This document shows positions 9,503 through 17,824 of a DNA stretch of 64,000 nucleotides, in pieces. The translations under genes were made by a program, and so were the position numbers. The notes below the pieces were generated by a model that was not told the origin of the DNA, searched no databases, and worked only from the letters and a program-made list of their open reading frames with translations. Position 1 is the stretch's first letter. Every line of letters starts with the position of its first letter. Source of the DNA: an uncultured delta proteobacterium (GTDB lineage Bacteria; Myxococcota; Myxococcia; Myxococcales; Myxococcaceae); contig CAWCKH010000004.1 in NCBI GenBank assembly GCA_963796055.1, forward strand, positions 160,001 through 224,000. Direction: 5' to 3'.

Positions 9503-9886
9503 ATGCGCTCGCGCCCCGACGTCGACGTGGTCCTGAAGCGATTCGCCCAGCCGGACGAGGTCCGGAAGATGGTGAAGGGCCGGTTCGAGCTGGTCCGGAT
9601 CGGCGGGATGACCATCGGCCGGGCGACCTACGAGCCGGGCTGGAAGTGGTCCGAGCACGTGGGACCCACGCTGGGGCAGACCCGGTGCACGGTGGAGCAC
9701 GTGGGGCTGGTGCTGTCGGGCGTTGCAACCGCGGCCTTCGACGACGGGCACGTGGTGGAGCTCCGCGCCGGCGATCTGTTCCACATCCCGGCCGTGCCGC
9801 ACGACTCGTGGGTGGTGGGGGACGTGCCGTACGTCTCGCTGCACTTCCTCGGGGCCGAGCACTACGCCGCCCCGGCCGGAGGGTGA
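9503..9886 (+). CDS. Cupin domain protein
   Basis: EPGWKWSEHV...C..EH...ELRAGDLFHIPAVPHDSWVVG cupin motif. Confidence 0.85.
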   Translation: MRSRPDVDVVLKRFAQPDEVRKMVKGRFELVRIGGMTIGRATYEPGWKWSEHVGPTLGQTRCTVEHVGLVLSGVATAAFDDGHVVELRAGDLFHIPAVPHDSWVVGDVPYVSLHFLGAEHYAAPAGG

Positions 9887-9890
9887 GCCC

Positions 9891-10604
9891 ATGGAGATCG
9901 CAGCAGAGCGTGCACGGCGGCGCTTTCTGAAGGACGCGGTGGGGGTGGGAGGCGCGGTCCTCGCCGCCGCGGCGCTGCTCCCGGCGATCGCCGCGGAGCA
10001 GAAGGAAGAGGAGGAGGAGGTCTCTCCCACCGAGGATTTGATGCGTGAGCACGGCGTGCTCCGGCGCATCCTGCTGGTCTACGGCGAGGTGATTCGCCGC
10101 GTGGACGCCGGACAGCCGGTGAGCGCCGAGCCGGTCGCAAAGGCGGCGACGATCATCCGCGCCTTCATCGAGGACTACCACGAGAAGGACGAGGAGGAGT
10201 TCATCTTCCCCCGCTTCCGCAAGGCCGGAACGCTGACCGGGCTGGTCGACGTGCTGCTTCAGCAGCATCAGGCCGGACGGACGCTGACCGCGAGCATCCA
10301 GCGTCTCGCGAACCCGGCGGCGCTCGGGAAGGCCTCCTCCCGGACGGAGATGGCCGGGGCGATGCGCCATTTCATCCGGATGTACGAGCCGCACGCTGCC
10401 CGGGAGGACACGGTGCTCTTTCCCGCCTTTGCCCGGCTGGTCAGCGAGAAGGAGCTGCGGGCGCTGATGGAGACCTTCGAGCAGAAGGAGAAGGCGCTCC
10501 CGCTGGGTGACTTCGAGAAGATGGTCGCCGACGTCGGGGCGATCGAGAAGGCATTCGGGATCGACGACCTGGCCCGCTTCACCCCGAAGGTCGCGAAGCC
10601 CTGA
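9891..10604 (+). CDS. Hemerythrin HHE-domain protein with twin-arginine signal
   Basis: RRRFLK Tat motif; EH, YHEKDEEEFIFP, QH, HAAREDTVLFP motifs. Confidence 0.85.
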   Translation: MEIAAERARRRFLKDAVGVGGAVLAAAALLPAIAAEQKEEEEEVSPTEDLMREHGVLRRILLVYGEVIRRVDAGQPVSAEPVAKAATIIRAFIEDYHEKDEEEFIFPRFRKAGTLTGLVDVLLQQHQAGRTLTASIQRLANPAALGKASSRTEMAGAMRHFIRMYEPHAAREDTVLFPAFARLVSEKELRALMETFEQKEKALPLGDFEKMVADVGAIEKAFGIDDLARFTPKVAKP

Positions 10605-10605
10605 C

Positions 10606-10761
10606 TCAGCGCACGAGCCCGACACCCGTCAGGAAGGTCACGAGCGCCACCAGGGCAGCCCCGGTGTAGAGCAGCACCTTGAACCCGGGCGGGAACGCCA
10701 CCCCGAAGAAGCCCCCGGACACGCAGATGGCCGCGAGCGGCGCGCCGATGCCAGCGATCAT
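10606..10761 (-). CDS. Small 51-aa two-TM membrane protein (absent from the ORF track)
   Basis: MIAGIGAPLAAICVSGGFFGVAFPPGFKVLLYTGAALVALVTFLTGVGLVR*; ATG overlaps the stop of the upstream gene (ATGA). Confidence 0.55.
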   Translation of the reverse strand: MIAGIGAPLAAICVSGGFFGVAFPPGFKVLLYTGAALVALVTFLTGVGLVR

Positions 10762-11249
10762 TCGCGCGGCTGCGGACATTCGACGCCTCCCGGAAGGTTC
10801 ACACGGCCCGGCCGGCGATCGAGCTTCCAGCTGTATCTCCCCGTCCCGCTGAGCGACTGGTAACTCGCGGTGGCGACGAAGACATGCTCACCATCGGGGT
10901 ACGCGGACGTGTCCCAGTAGAAGTTGCACAGAGGCAGCGCACAAGGAACGGGCACTCCGTCGAGTGTCAGCGAGAGGTGGTCGGGAACCACGGACTCCAG
11001 GTACGTGCTGGATGATTCGGCGCCGTAGGGGTCCGGGCCCGATCGCAGGTCCGTGTAGTTGACGGTCGTGGCGTGGGCCACCTTCACCTGGATGAGCTGG
11101 GGATCGTTCTGGTGCGCCGGATTCGAGCTACCGACCGTGACCTCGAGGGATTCGGAGACATCGGAGGAGGACGTGCACGAGGATCCGACCACCAGCGTGA
11201 AGGCCAGCACCACGCGTGTGCCCCGGAATCTGGTCGTCGCTCGGCTCAT
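10758..11249 (-). CDS. Putative lipoprotein with a bacterial Ig-like domain
   Basis: Signal peptide ending VVGSSC; WDTSAYPDGEHVFVATA resembles Big-domain motifs. Confidence 0.6.
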   Translation of the reverse strand: MSRATTRFRGTRVVLAFTLVVGSSCTSSSDVSESLEVTVGSSNPAHQNDPQLIQVKVAHATTVNYTDLRSGPDPYGAESSSTYLESVVPDHLSLTLDGVPVPCALPLCNFYWDTSAYPDGEHVFVATASYQSLSGTGRYSWKLDRRPGRVNLPGGVECPQPRE

Positions 11250-11272
11250 GAGACACCCCCCGACGCTCCGAC

Positions 11273-11288
11273 TGCGATCTCCGTGCCG
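11273..11288 (-). promoter_or_regulatory. Putative sigma-54 (-24/-12) promoter
   Basis: Minus strand CGGCACG-GAGA-TCGCA (GG-N10-GC), about 25 nt upstream of the ATG at 11249. Confidence 0.55.
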
Positions 11289-11406
11289 GCGCTCTCCGCG
11301 CGGTGGGCCTGAAGAGGCTGGCCTGGAGTCCCCGACTGCGCCCTCGGTGCAGCACGGTCTGCACAGATGTGCACCCAATTGCACGGGTGCGGCGGACGGG
11401 CCCGCT

Positions 11407-12225
11407 TCAGCGGAACGGCTTCGAGGTCCAGCGAATCTCTTCGAGGAACCGCCGGCACTCGTCCTGGAGCGCGGTGGCGACGCCCGGGGCGGCGGAGAGC
11501 ACCTCCACCACCGAGGTGTCGTAGGGCGCACCGTCGATGCGCGTGACGACCGCTCCCGCTTCGGAGACGATCAACGCGCCTGCGGCCACGTCCCACGGCT
11601 TGAGCGAGAACTCGAAGTACCCGTCGTAGCGGCCGGAGGCGACGTAGGCCAGGTCCAGTGCGGCGCTCCCCAGCCGGCGGATGCCCTGCGCCAGGCCCAG
11701 GAAGCGCACCACCAGCCCCGCCGGGCCCTCGGGGTGCTCGCGGACGTCGTAGGGGAAGCCGGTGCAGAGGAGCGCGCGGTCGAGCCGATCGATGGCGCTC
11801 GGGCGGATGGGCTGCCCGTTGAGCATCGCGCCGCGGCCGCGGACCGCGCTGAACAGCTCGTCGCGCATCGGGTCGTAGACCACGCCAGCCTGGACCCCAC
11901 CCTCCCCTTCCACCGCGATGCTCACCGAGAAGTGTGGCAGCTGGTGGGCGTAGTTGGTGGTGCCGTCCAGCGGGTCGATGATCCATCGGTAGGTCGAGCC
12001 GGCGCTCGCCCCGCTCTCCTCCGAGAGGATGGCGTGCTCGGGGTGGCGCTGACGGAGCCAGTCGAGGAGCACCTTCTCGCTGGCCTGGTCGGCGTCGGTG
12101 ACCAGATCGATGCCGCTCTTGAAGGAGATCGTCCGGGGCTCGTGGAAGCGCTCGGCCAGGACGCGGCCGGCGCGGCGGGCGCCCTCGACCGCCGTCTCGA
12201 GCAGGGTGTCGAGCGAGACGCTCAC
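11407..12225 (-). CDS. suhB: Inositol monophosphatase family protein
   Basis: DLVTDAD, ILSEE, WIIDPLDGTTNY, RRLGSAALDLAYVA, KPWDVAAG motifs. Confidence 0.9.
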   Translation of the reverse strand: MSVSLDTLLETAVEGARRAGRVLAERFHEPRTISFKSGIDLVTDADQASEKVLLDWLRQRHPEHAILSEESGASAGSTYRWIIDPLDGTTNYAHQLPHFSVSIAVEGEGGVQAGVVYDPMRDELFSAVRGRGAMLNGQPIRPSAIDRLDRALLCTGFPYDVREHPEGPAGLVVRFLGLAQGIRRLGSAALDLAYVASGRYDGYFEFSLKPWDVAAGALIVSEAGAVVTRIDGAPYDTSVVEVLSAAPGVATALQDECRRFLEEIRWTSKPFR

Positions 12226-12767
12226 TGGCTCTCTCGCAGCAGCGCGTCCACCTGGGAACGGATGTCGTTCAGGTTTCCGTCGAAGCTCTCCTGCGTGTAG
12301 CGGACGCGCCCGGTGCGGTCCACCACCCAGGTGGTTGGCATCTGCTTGAGCTTCAGCTTGTCCTCGAGCACGAAGCCCCCCGGGTCCAGGAGCACGGGAA
12401 GGTCGATCCGGGCGGTGGCGAGGAAGGTGGGAATCTGCGCCCGGTCCTCGTCGACGCTGACCGCGTAGACCTGCACGCCCCGCGAGGCGTAGTCCTTCCG
12501 GAGCGCCTGGAGCTGCGGGAGCGAGCGCACGCACGGGGCGCACCAGGTGGCCCAGGCGTCGATGACCACCACCTGGCCGCGATCGGCGGAGAAGGCGTGC
12601 TTGCCCGGCTTGGGGTACGTCTCGAGCGAGATGTCGGCCACCGGGGTGACCGACGGGCCCGATCGGCCGCCGACGGTGACCAGCGCCTGCGGGCTGCTTG
12701 CAGTCGGCGGTGGCGCGCTGCCGGCGCAAGCAAGCACCAGCGCGAGGAGAGCGGAAGTCCGGCTCAC
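12222..12767 (-). CDS. TlpA-family disulfide reductase lipoprotein
   Basis: Lipobox VLAC; WATWCAPC thioredoxin motif; GTGA coupling on both sides. Confidence 0.88.
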   Translation of the reverse strand: MSRTSALLALVLACAGSAPPPTASSPQALVTVGGRSGPSVTPVADISLETYPKPGKHAFSADRGQVVVIDAWATWCAPCVRSLPQLQALRKDYASRGVQVYAVSVDEDRAQIPTFLATARIDLPVLLDPGGFVLEDKLKLKQMPTTWVVDRTGRVRYTQESFDGNLNDIRSQVDALLRESQ

Positions 12768-14221
12768 GACCGCCTCTCCCCGAGGAGCGCGAGCAGGGCC
12801 GCGTGGAACCCGCCGAAGCTCCCGTTGCTCATCCCGAGGATGACGTCGCCCGGTCGCGCCTCGGCGGCCACCCGGGCCACCAGCGTGGGAACATCCGAGG
12901 CCGCATCCGCCTCGAGCCCCCGGTCGTGCAGGTCCGAGACCAGCCGCGGAATGTCCAGCTCCTCGCCCTCGGGCACCTGGTCGTGCCGCTCGGGCGTCTT
13001 GAGGCTGACCCGGGCGGCGCCGTCGAAGGACTCGGCGTACGCGATCTGGTGAAGCTTTCGGCGGCTGGTGTTGCTGCGCGGCTCGAAGACCGCCCACAGC
13101 CGGCGCTCGGGCCAGCGGCCGCGCAGCGCGTGGATGGTCTCTCGGACCGCGGTCGGGTGGTGCGCGAAGTCGTCGACCACCAGGATGCCGTTCACCTCGC
13201 CCCGGACCTCCTGGCGCCGCTTGACGCCGAGGAACGAGGCACAGCCCGCGGCGAAGGCCTCGAAGGTCACCCCGAGCGGGCCGATGGCTGCCCAGGCTCC
13301 GAGCGCGTTCTCCACGTTGTGGAGCCCGGGCACTGCCAGATGCACCTGTCCCAGCCGCCGTCCCTGGTCCACCAGGGTCAACCGCACGCCGTCCGGATGG
13401 TGCGTCACGTCCCGCGAGTGGACGTCCGCCGGGACCTCCGGAGACACCGAATAGGTCACCACCCGGGCGCGCCCTCCGCGGGCGAGCGTCACCGCGGCGG
13501 GCCAGGCGGCGCTCACCGCGACGAGCCCCTCGGCCGGCACCAGGGCGACGAAGCGCTCGAAGGCCGAGGCGTAGTGCGCCTCGTCCCGATAGATGTCGGC
13601 GTGGTCCAGCTCCATGCTGGTGAAGATGGCGGTGCGCGGCTGGTAGTGCAGGAACTTGGGGCCCTTGTCGAAATAGGCGGTGTCGTACTCGTCACCTTCC
13701 ACCACGACGTGAGGACCCTTCCCGACCCGGAAGTTGCTTCCCGCGTTGCCCGTCACCCCACCGACCAGGAACGACGGGTCGAGCCCCGCGGTGACCAGGA
13801 GATGGGCGGTCAGGGCCGAGGTGGTGGTCTTTCCGTGCGTGCCGACCACGACCACCGGGTGGCGCCCACGAAGGAAGAGCGCGCCGAACGCCGCGGGGAA
13901 GCTCATCGAGGGCAGGCGCCGCTCACGGACCGCAGTGGCTTCCGGGTTGACCCGGCGGATGACGTTCCCCACCACCACCAGGTCCGGCTTCGCCCGGTCG
14001 AGGTTCTCCGGTCGGTAGGGCGTCATCACCTCGATGCCCCAGGCGGCGAGCATGTCGCTCATCGGCGGGTACACGTTCTGGTCGCTGCCGGTGACGGTGT
14101 GGCCCACGGCCTTGAGCATGCCGGCGAAGCTGCCCATCCCCGTGCCGGCGACCCCGAGGAGGTGGACGCGGCGGGCCTGCTCGGGCCGGACGTCAGTGAG
14201 GATGTTGCCGTCATCGGACAC
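12764..14221 (-). CDS. mpl: UDP-N-acetylmuramate:tripeptide ligase (murein peptide ligase)
   Basis: GVAGTGMGSFA, DQNVYPPMS, GTHGKTTT, EGDEYDTAYFDKGPKF, DDFAHHPTA, EPRSNT, MSNGSFGG. Confidence 0.93.
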   Translation of the reverse strand: MSDDGNILTDVRPEQARRVHLLGVAGTGMGSFAGMLKAVGHTVTGSDQNVYPPMSDMLAAWGIEVMTPYRPENLDRAKPDLVVVGNVIRRVNPEATAVRERRLPSMSFPAAFGALFLRGRHPVVVVGTHGKTTTSALTAHLLVTAGLDPSFLVGGVTGNAGSNFRVGKGPHVVVEGDEYDTAYFDKGPKFLHYQPRTAIFTSMELDHADIYRDEAHYASAFERFVALVPAEGLVAVSAAWPAAVTLARGGRARVVTYSVSPEVPADVHSRDVTHHPDGVRLTLVDQGRRLGQVHLAVPGLHNVENALGAWAAIGPLGVTFEAFAAGCASFLGVKRRQEVRGEVNGILVVDDFAHHPTAVRETIHALRGRWPERRLWAVFEPRSNTSRRKLHQIAYAESFDGAARVSLKTPERHDQVPEGEELDIPRLVSDLHDRGLEADAASDVPTLVARVAAEARPGDVILGMSNGSFGGFHAALLALLGERRS

Positions 14222-14226
14222 GTCGT

Positions 14227-14628
14227 TCAGCCCCTCGCCCAGTTCTCGAGCCGGAGACCGGGAACCCGCCCGAACTCGCGCTCGTTGTTCGACACCAGGG
14301 TGACCCTTCGGGCGACCGCCTGTGCAGCGATGAGCATGTCGAGAGGTCCGATTGGCTTGCCCCGCGCTTCGAGCTTCGCACGAAGCTGGGCGTAGGCTGC
14401 CGCGTCGATCGAGGTGAACTCGATCACTTCGATCGGCCGGAGGAAGTTCTCGACCCGCCGGAGGGTCTTCTCCGGCTGGAGACTCTTGGCCGCACCTGTC
14501 CAGAGCTCGGCCTCGGTGATGACGCTGAGGCCGACATCGGCCCTCGATTGAGCCAGAAGCCGGTGGAGGACGACCGCGTTCTGCTTCAGGGCATGGATAC
14601 AGATGTTGGTGTCCAGCAGGAACTTCAA
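14227..14628 (-). CDS. vapC: VapC PIN-domain toxin
   Basis: TTG start overlapping the vapB stop; LLDTNICI, GPLDMLIAAQA, VSNNEREF, LENW. Confidence 0.92.
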   Translation of the reverse strand: MKFLLDTNICIHALKQNAVVLHRLLAQSRADVGLSVITEAELWTGAAKSLQPEKTLRRVENFLRPIEVIEFTSIDAAAYAQLRAKLEARGKPIGPLDMLIAAQAVARRVTLVSNNEREFGRVPGLRLENWARG

Positions 14629-14858
14629 TCGAGCTTCTCGCGCTTCTCGAGCTCGCCCTGTGCCGGGCGGGCCAAGTCGAATCCGATGCCAGAGAACGAT
14701 TCCACGTAGCCCTCCGGCCATTCGTCCGCCGGCTCGAGGACCACGGCTCTACCCTTCCGGTGCACGAGAACGGTGTCCCCCTTGAATCGGAACTCCTTCG
14801 GCAGCCGGATCGCCTGACTTCGCCCTGTCCAGAAGACCTTCGCTCGCTTGCTTGCCAC
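14625..14858 (-). CDS. vapB: VapB antitoxin (AbrB/VagC type)
   Basis: AKVFWTGRSQAIRLPKEFRF AbrB-like motif directly upstream of vapC. Confidence 0.92.
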   Translation of the reverse strand: MASKRAKVFWTGRSQAIRLPKEFRFKGDTVLVHRKGRAVVLEPADEWPEGYVESFSGIGFDLARPAQGELEKREKLD

Positions 14859-14880
14859 GGCGTCGCCTCGATAGATACCA

Positions 14881-14894
14881 CTGATACATATCAG
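14881..14894. promoter_or_regulatory. Palindromic operator of vapBC
   Basis: CTGATA-CA-TATCAG perfect AT-rich palindrome about 22 nt upstream of the vapB start. Confidence 0.65.
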
Positions 14895-14921
14895 CAGCAG
14901 AGCCCCTCGGGAACGCCACTT

Positions 14922-15218
14922 TCAGCGAGGCTGGGCCGCGGCCGGCGTGACCGACGACTCGGGCACGCAGGACACCACCGCGTGCTCGGCTGCCTTGCAG
15001 ATGTACGTCTCGGTCTTCTGGCAGCCGCTGGCCCGGTACCTCGAGTCGCCGAGCTCCTCCACCTTCACCTGGTCGGCCGGGCAGCTGTTGCTGCTGGCCA
15101 TCGCGTCGCGGGCCGCGGTGCTCATCGCCGCGGTGGCACAGCCGGCGAGGCCGAGCGCAGCGGCGACCAGCGCCGACACCAGAACGGGAGACAAGGCACG
15201 CTTGACGGGTCCGGGCAT
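14922..15218 (-). CDS. Small Cys-containing lipoprotein (paralog 1)
   Basis: Lipobox LAGC; CPADQVKVEELGDSRYRASGCQKTETYIC. Confidence 0.75.
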   Translation of the reverse strand: MPGPVKRALSPVLVSALVAAALGLAGCATAAMSTAARDAMASSNSCPADQVKVEELGDSRYRASGCQKTETYICKAAEHAVVSCVPESSVTPAAAQPR

Positions 15219-15252
15219 TCGACGGCTCCTGGCGGGGGTGGGGGTCCCCGGT

Positions 15253-16407
15253 TTAGCCCAGGCCGAGCGCCTGCAGCACCGCGTCGTGAAACGCGGGGCG
15301 GAACTGCTGGATGCGGAGGTTGTCCCGCCCGAGCGCGGTGCGGTTGGTGAGCAGCGCAATGCTGAGCCGCCGAGCCCGGTCCACCCAGAGGCTGGTTCCG
15401 GTGTAGCCCAGGTGCCCGAACCCGCCGGGAGGCATCCGCCCGAGGAGACGCCCCGCCGCGCTGGCTTCGCCGGAAGGGGTGTCGAAGCCGAGGCCGCGGC
15501 CACTGCCCGGCACCGGAGTCACGGCCCGCTCCCAGAGCAAGGCCGGCGCCAGGCGCCCTGCCCCGTCGAGCTCCTCGAGCACCCGCTGGCCGAAGCGGGC
15601 GACCTCGGTGGCCGTGCCGAAGAGGCCCGCGTGACCGGAGACGCCGTCCATCGCCCAGGCGTTGTCGTCGTCCACCTCGCCCGGCCGCGACGGCACGCTG
15701 GCGAGGGAGCCCCAGCGGTTCTCCTGGCCGGGCGCCGGCGGACGCGGGCGGAGCGAGCCGGTGATGGGGAGCGCGTCCCACGCCCCGCCGCACGGGTCCC
15801 GCGAGTCGTGTCCCCGGGTGGAGAGCCGGTGAAAGTGCGTGGCGACCCCCAGCTTCTCCGAGAGCCGCGCGTGCACGGCGTCGAGCGGCGCGCCGGCGGC
15901 CTCGGCCAGCATCTCCCCGGCGAGAAGGAACCCGACGTCGCTGTAGAGCGTCCGGGTACCGGGGATGGTCTCCAGCGGCTCGCGCGCAGCGGCGTCGCGG
16001 ACCTCGCTGCGCACGGTGAGGCGGGCGCCGGCGGGGCACTCCGCGCCCCGGCGGAGCTCGGGCACGGTGTGGAGGACCACCGCGAAGAAGGGGACCCAGG
16101 CCGGAAGACCCGAGCGGTGCGCCAGGAGATCTCCCAGCGTCGCTCCGTGCCTGGCCAGCGGGCTGCCGTCGATCCACCGCGAGACCGGCGTGAACGGGCC
16201 CACCTTCCCCTCGGCCCAGAGCGCGACGAAGGCGGTCGCGGTGCAGAGGATCTTCGTCAGCGAGGCGAGATCGAACGGCGTGTCCTCACCAGCCGCCACC
16301 GAGGCCCGTCCCACCTCGCGCCCGTCGTGGAACACCGAGGCCTGCGCCGCAGGGAAGACGCCGTCACGGACGCCCCCCTCGAGCAGCGCTTGCAGGCCCG
16401 ACGTCAC
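15253..16407 (-). CDS. Serine hydrolase, beta-lactamase class C/PBP-like family
   Basis: FDLASLTK (SxxK), LLAHRSGLP, YSDVGF, GHAGLF, GHLGYTGTS. Confidence 0.9.
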   Translation of the reverse strand: MTSGLQALLEGGVRDGVFPAAQASVFHDGREVGRASVAAGEDTPFDLASLTKILCTATAFVALWAEGKVGPFTPVSRWIDGSPLARHGATLGDLLAHRSGLPAWVPFFAVVLHTVPELRRGAECPAGARLTVRSEVRDAAAREPLETIPGTRTLYSDVGFLLAGEMLAEAAGAPLDAVHARLSEKLGVATHFHRLSTRGHDSRDPCGGAWDALPITGSLRPRPPAPGQENRWGSLASVPSRPGEVDDDNAWAMDGVSGHAGLFGTATEVARFGQRVLEELDGAGRLAPALLWERAVTPVPGSGRGLGFDTPSGEASAAGRLLGRMPPGGFGHLGYTGTSLWVDRARRLSIALLTNRTALGRDNLRIQQFRPAFHDAVLQALGLG

Positions 16408-16682
16408 CAGCCGGTCCCGGGCAAGCTGGGTGGAGGAGGCGCTCCGCGCCGGCTGCAGACCCGGGTCCCGCCCTCGGGCCAGGTGCAGTCGTACACGGCG
16501 CTCCTTCCGCAGCCGTCCGCCTGGTAGCCCCCGCCGGTCAGGCTCTTCACCTCGACCTTGTCCTCGGGGCACTTCGCGTCCGCGGACATGCTCCGGCGCA
16601 CCGTCGGCTCGAAGCCCCGGCACGCGGAGGTCAGGACGGCCAGCGCGGCGAGGAGGAGGAAGGGAGGGCGGACGTCCCTCAC
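16404..16682 (-). CDS. Small Cys-containing lipoprotein (paralog 2)
   Basis: Lipobox TSAC; CPEDKVEVKSLTGGGYQADGCGRSAVYDC; GTGA coupling on both sides. Confidence 0.75.
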   Translation of the reverse strand: MRDVRPPFLLLAALAVLTSACRGFEPTVRRSMSADAKCPEDKVEVKSLTGGGYQADGCGRSAVYDCTWPEGGTRVCSRRGAPPPPSLPGTGW

Positions 16683-17572
16683 GCGGTGGCGGCCTCGAGC
16701 GGCTGCAGCGTCCCCTTGTGGGCGTCCAGACGGTGCCGGGCGCCGAGCGCAACCGGCGCATTCACGTCTCCATGACCGATGGGGAGCCCGGCGATGCACG
16801 GGACCCCCGCCTCGTTCGCCAGATCTGCCAGGACCTCGCGGACGGTGTGCGGGTCGTAGCGCCGGTCCGTCGGTTCGCACTCCACGAACTGTCCGAGCGC
16901 GATCCCCGCGATGCGCGAGAGAACGCCCGCGTTGCGCAGGTGCGTCCAGGCACGGTCGATGCGGTACGGGGGCTCGCCCACCTCCTCCAGGAGAAGGATG
17001 GCCCCGTTCATCTCCGGGAGCCACCGCGTGCCGAGGAGCGTGGCGAAGACGATCAGGTCCCCGCCGATGAGCGGGCCCTCCACCACCCCGGGGACGAGCG
17101 GCGTGCCCTGCAGCGGCTCGGGGACGCGGCCCTCGAGCAGCGCGAAGAGGCGGTCCGAGACCCACGGCGGCTGGTCCGCCAGCTGGGTGACGACCGGACC
17201 GTGGATGGAGATCCGCCCCGTGGCCTGGAGCGCGCAGTGGAGAGAGAGGTTGTCCGAGAAGCCCACCAGCGGCTTCAGCGGGAGCCGGCCGAAGTCGATG
17301 CGGGGGAGCAGCCGGGCGGCGCCGGACCCGCCGCGGGCGCAGACCACGGCCCGGTTGCCGGGATCGGAGAAGGCGTCGATCAGTGCTGCGGTGCGGACAT
17401 CGTCCGAACCGGCGAGGTAGCGCTGCCGCTCGAAGAGGCTCGCAGACGGCGCGAGCTCGTAACGCTCGGCCAGGCGGGCCATGCCGCGCTCGAAGCGCTC
17501 GCGATCGATCGGAGAGGATGGGGCGACGACTGCAACGCGGTCTCCCGGCCGCAGGGGCGGTGGGCGCAACAT
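16679..17572 (-). CDS. ldcA: LD-carboxypeptidase, peptidase S66
   Basis: PLRPGDRVAVVAPSS, ARGGSG, GFSD (catalytic Ser), LEEVGE (Glu), IGHG (His). Confidence 0.92.
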   Translation of the reverse strand: MLRPPPLRPGDRVAVVAPSSPIDRERFERGMARLAERYELAPSASLFERQRYLAGSDDVRTAALIDAFSDPGNRAVVCARGGSGAARLLPRIDFGRLPLKPLVGFSDNLSLHCALQATGRISIHGPVVTQLADQPPWVSDRLFALLEGRVPEPLQGTPLVPGVVEGPLIGGDLIVFATLLGTRWLPEMNGAILLLEEVGEPPYRIDRAWTHLRNAGVLSRIAGIALGQFVECEPTDRRYDPHTVREVLADLANEAGVPCIAGLPIGHGDVNAPVALGARHRLDAHKGTLQPLEAATA

Positions 17573-17824
17573 TGCCGGGAGGGTAGCACGCCCATGCGAC
17601 GCGGGATTCTGCGAGGCTGGCAGCTCGGCATGCACCCGGACGTGTCTTGCCGAACAATGTGGTGTCGTCTCTGCACACGATCGCGATGCTTCTGCGGCTC
17701 GGCTGCGACAGGGGATCGAGGTGCTCTCGACCCATGCCCTGGACAGCTGTACGAGGGCGATTGGCCACGTGGTGCGCTCCGGGCCTGTTACGCAGTGCGC
17801 GACGAGGCCAGTGGGAGTGAATGC

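Noticed and set aside
17573..17824. Intergenic region as a possible riboswitch or sigma-54 promoter (TGGCCACGTGGTGC)
   Set aside because: GG-to-GC spacing is 9, not 10, and no recognisable RNA motif is present.
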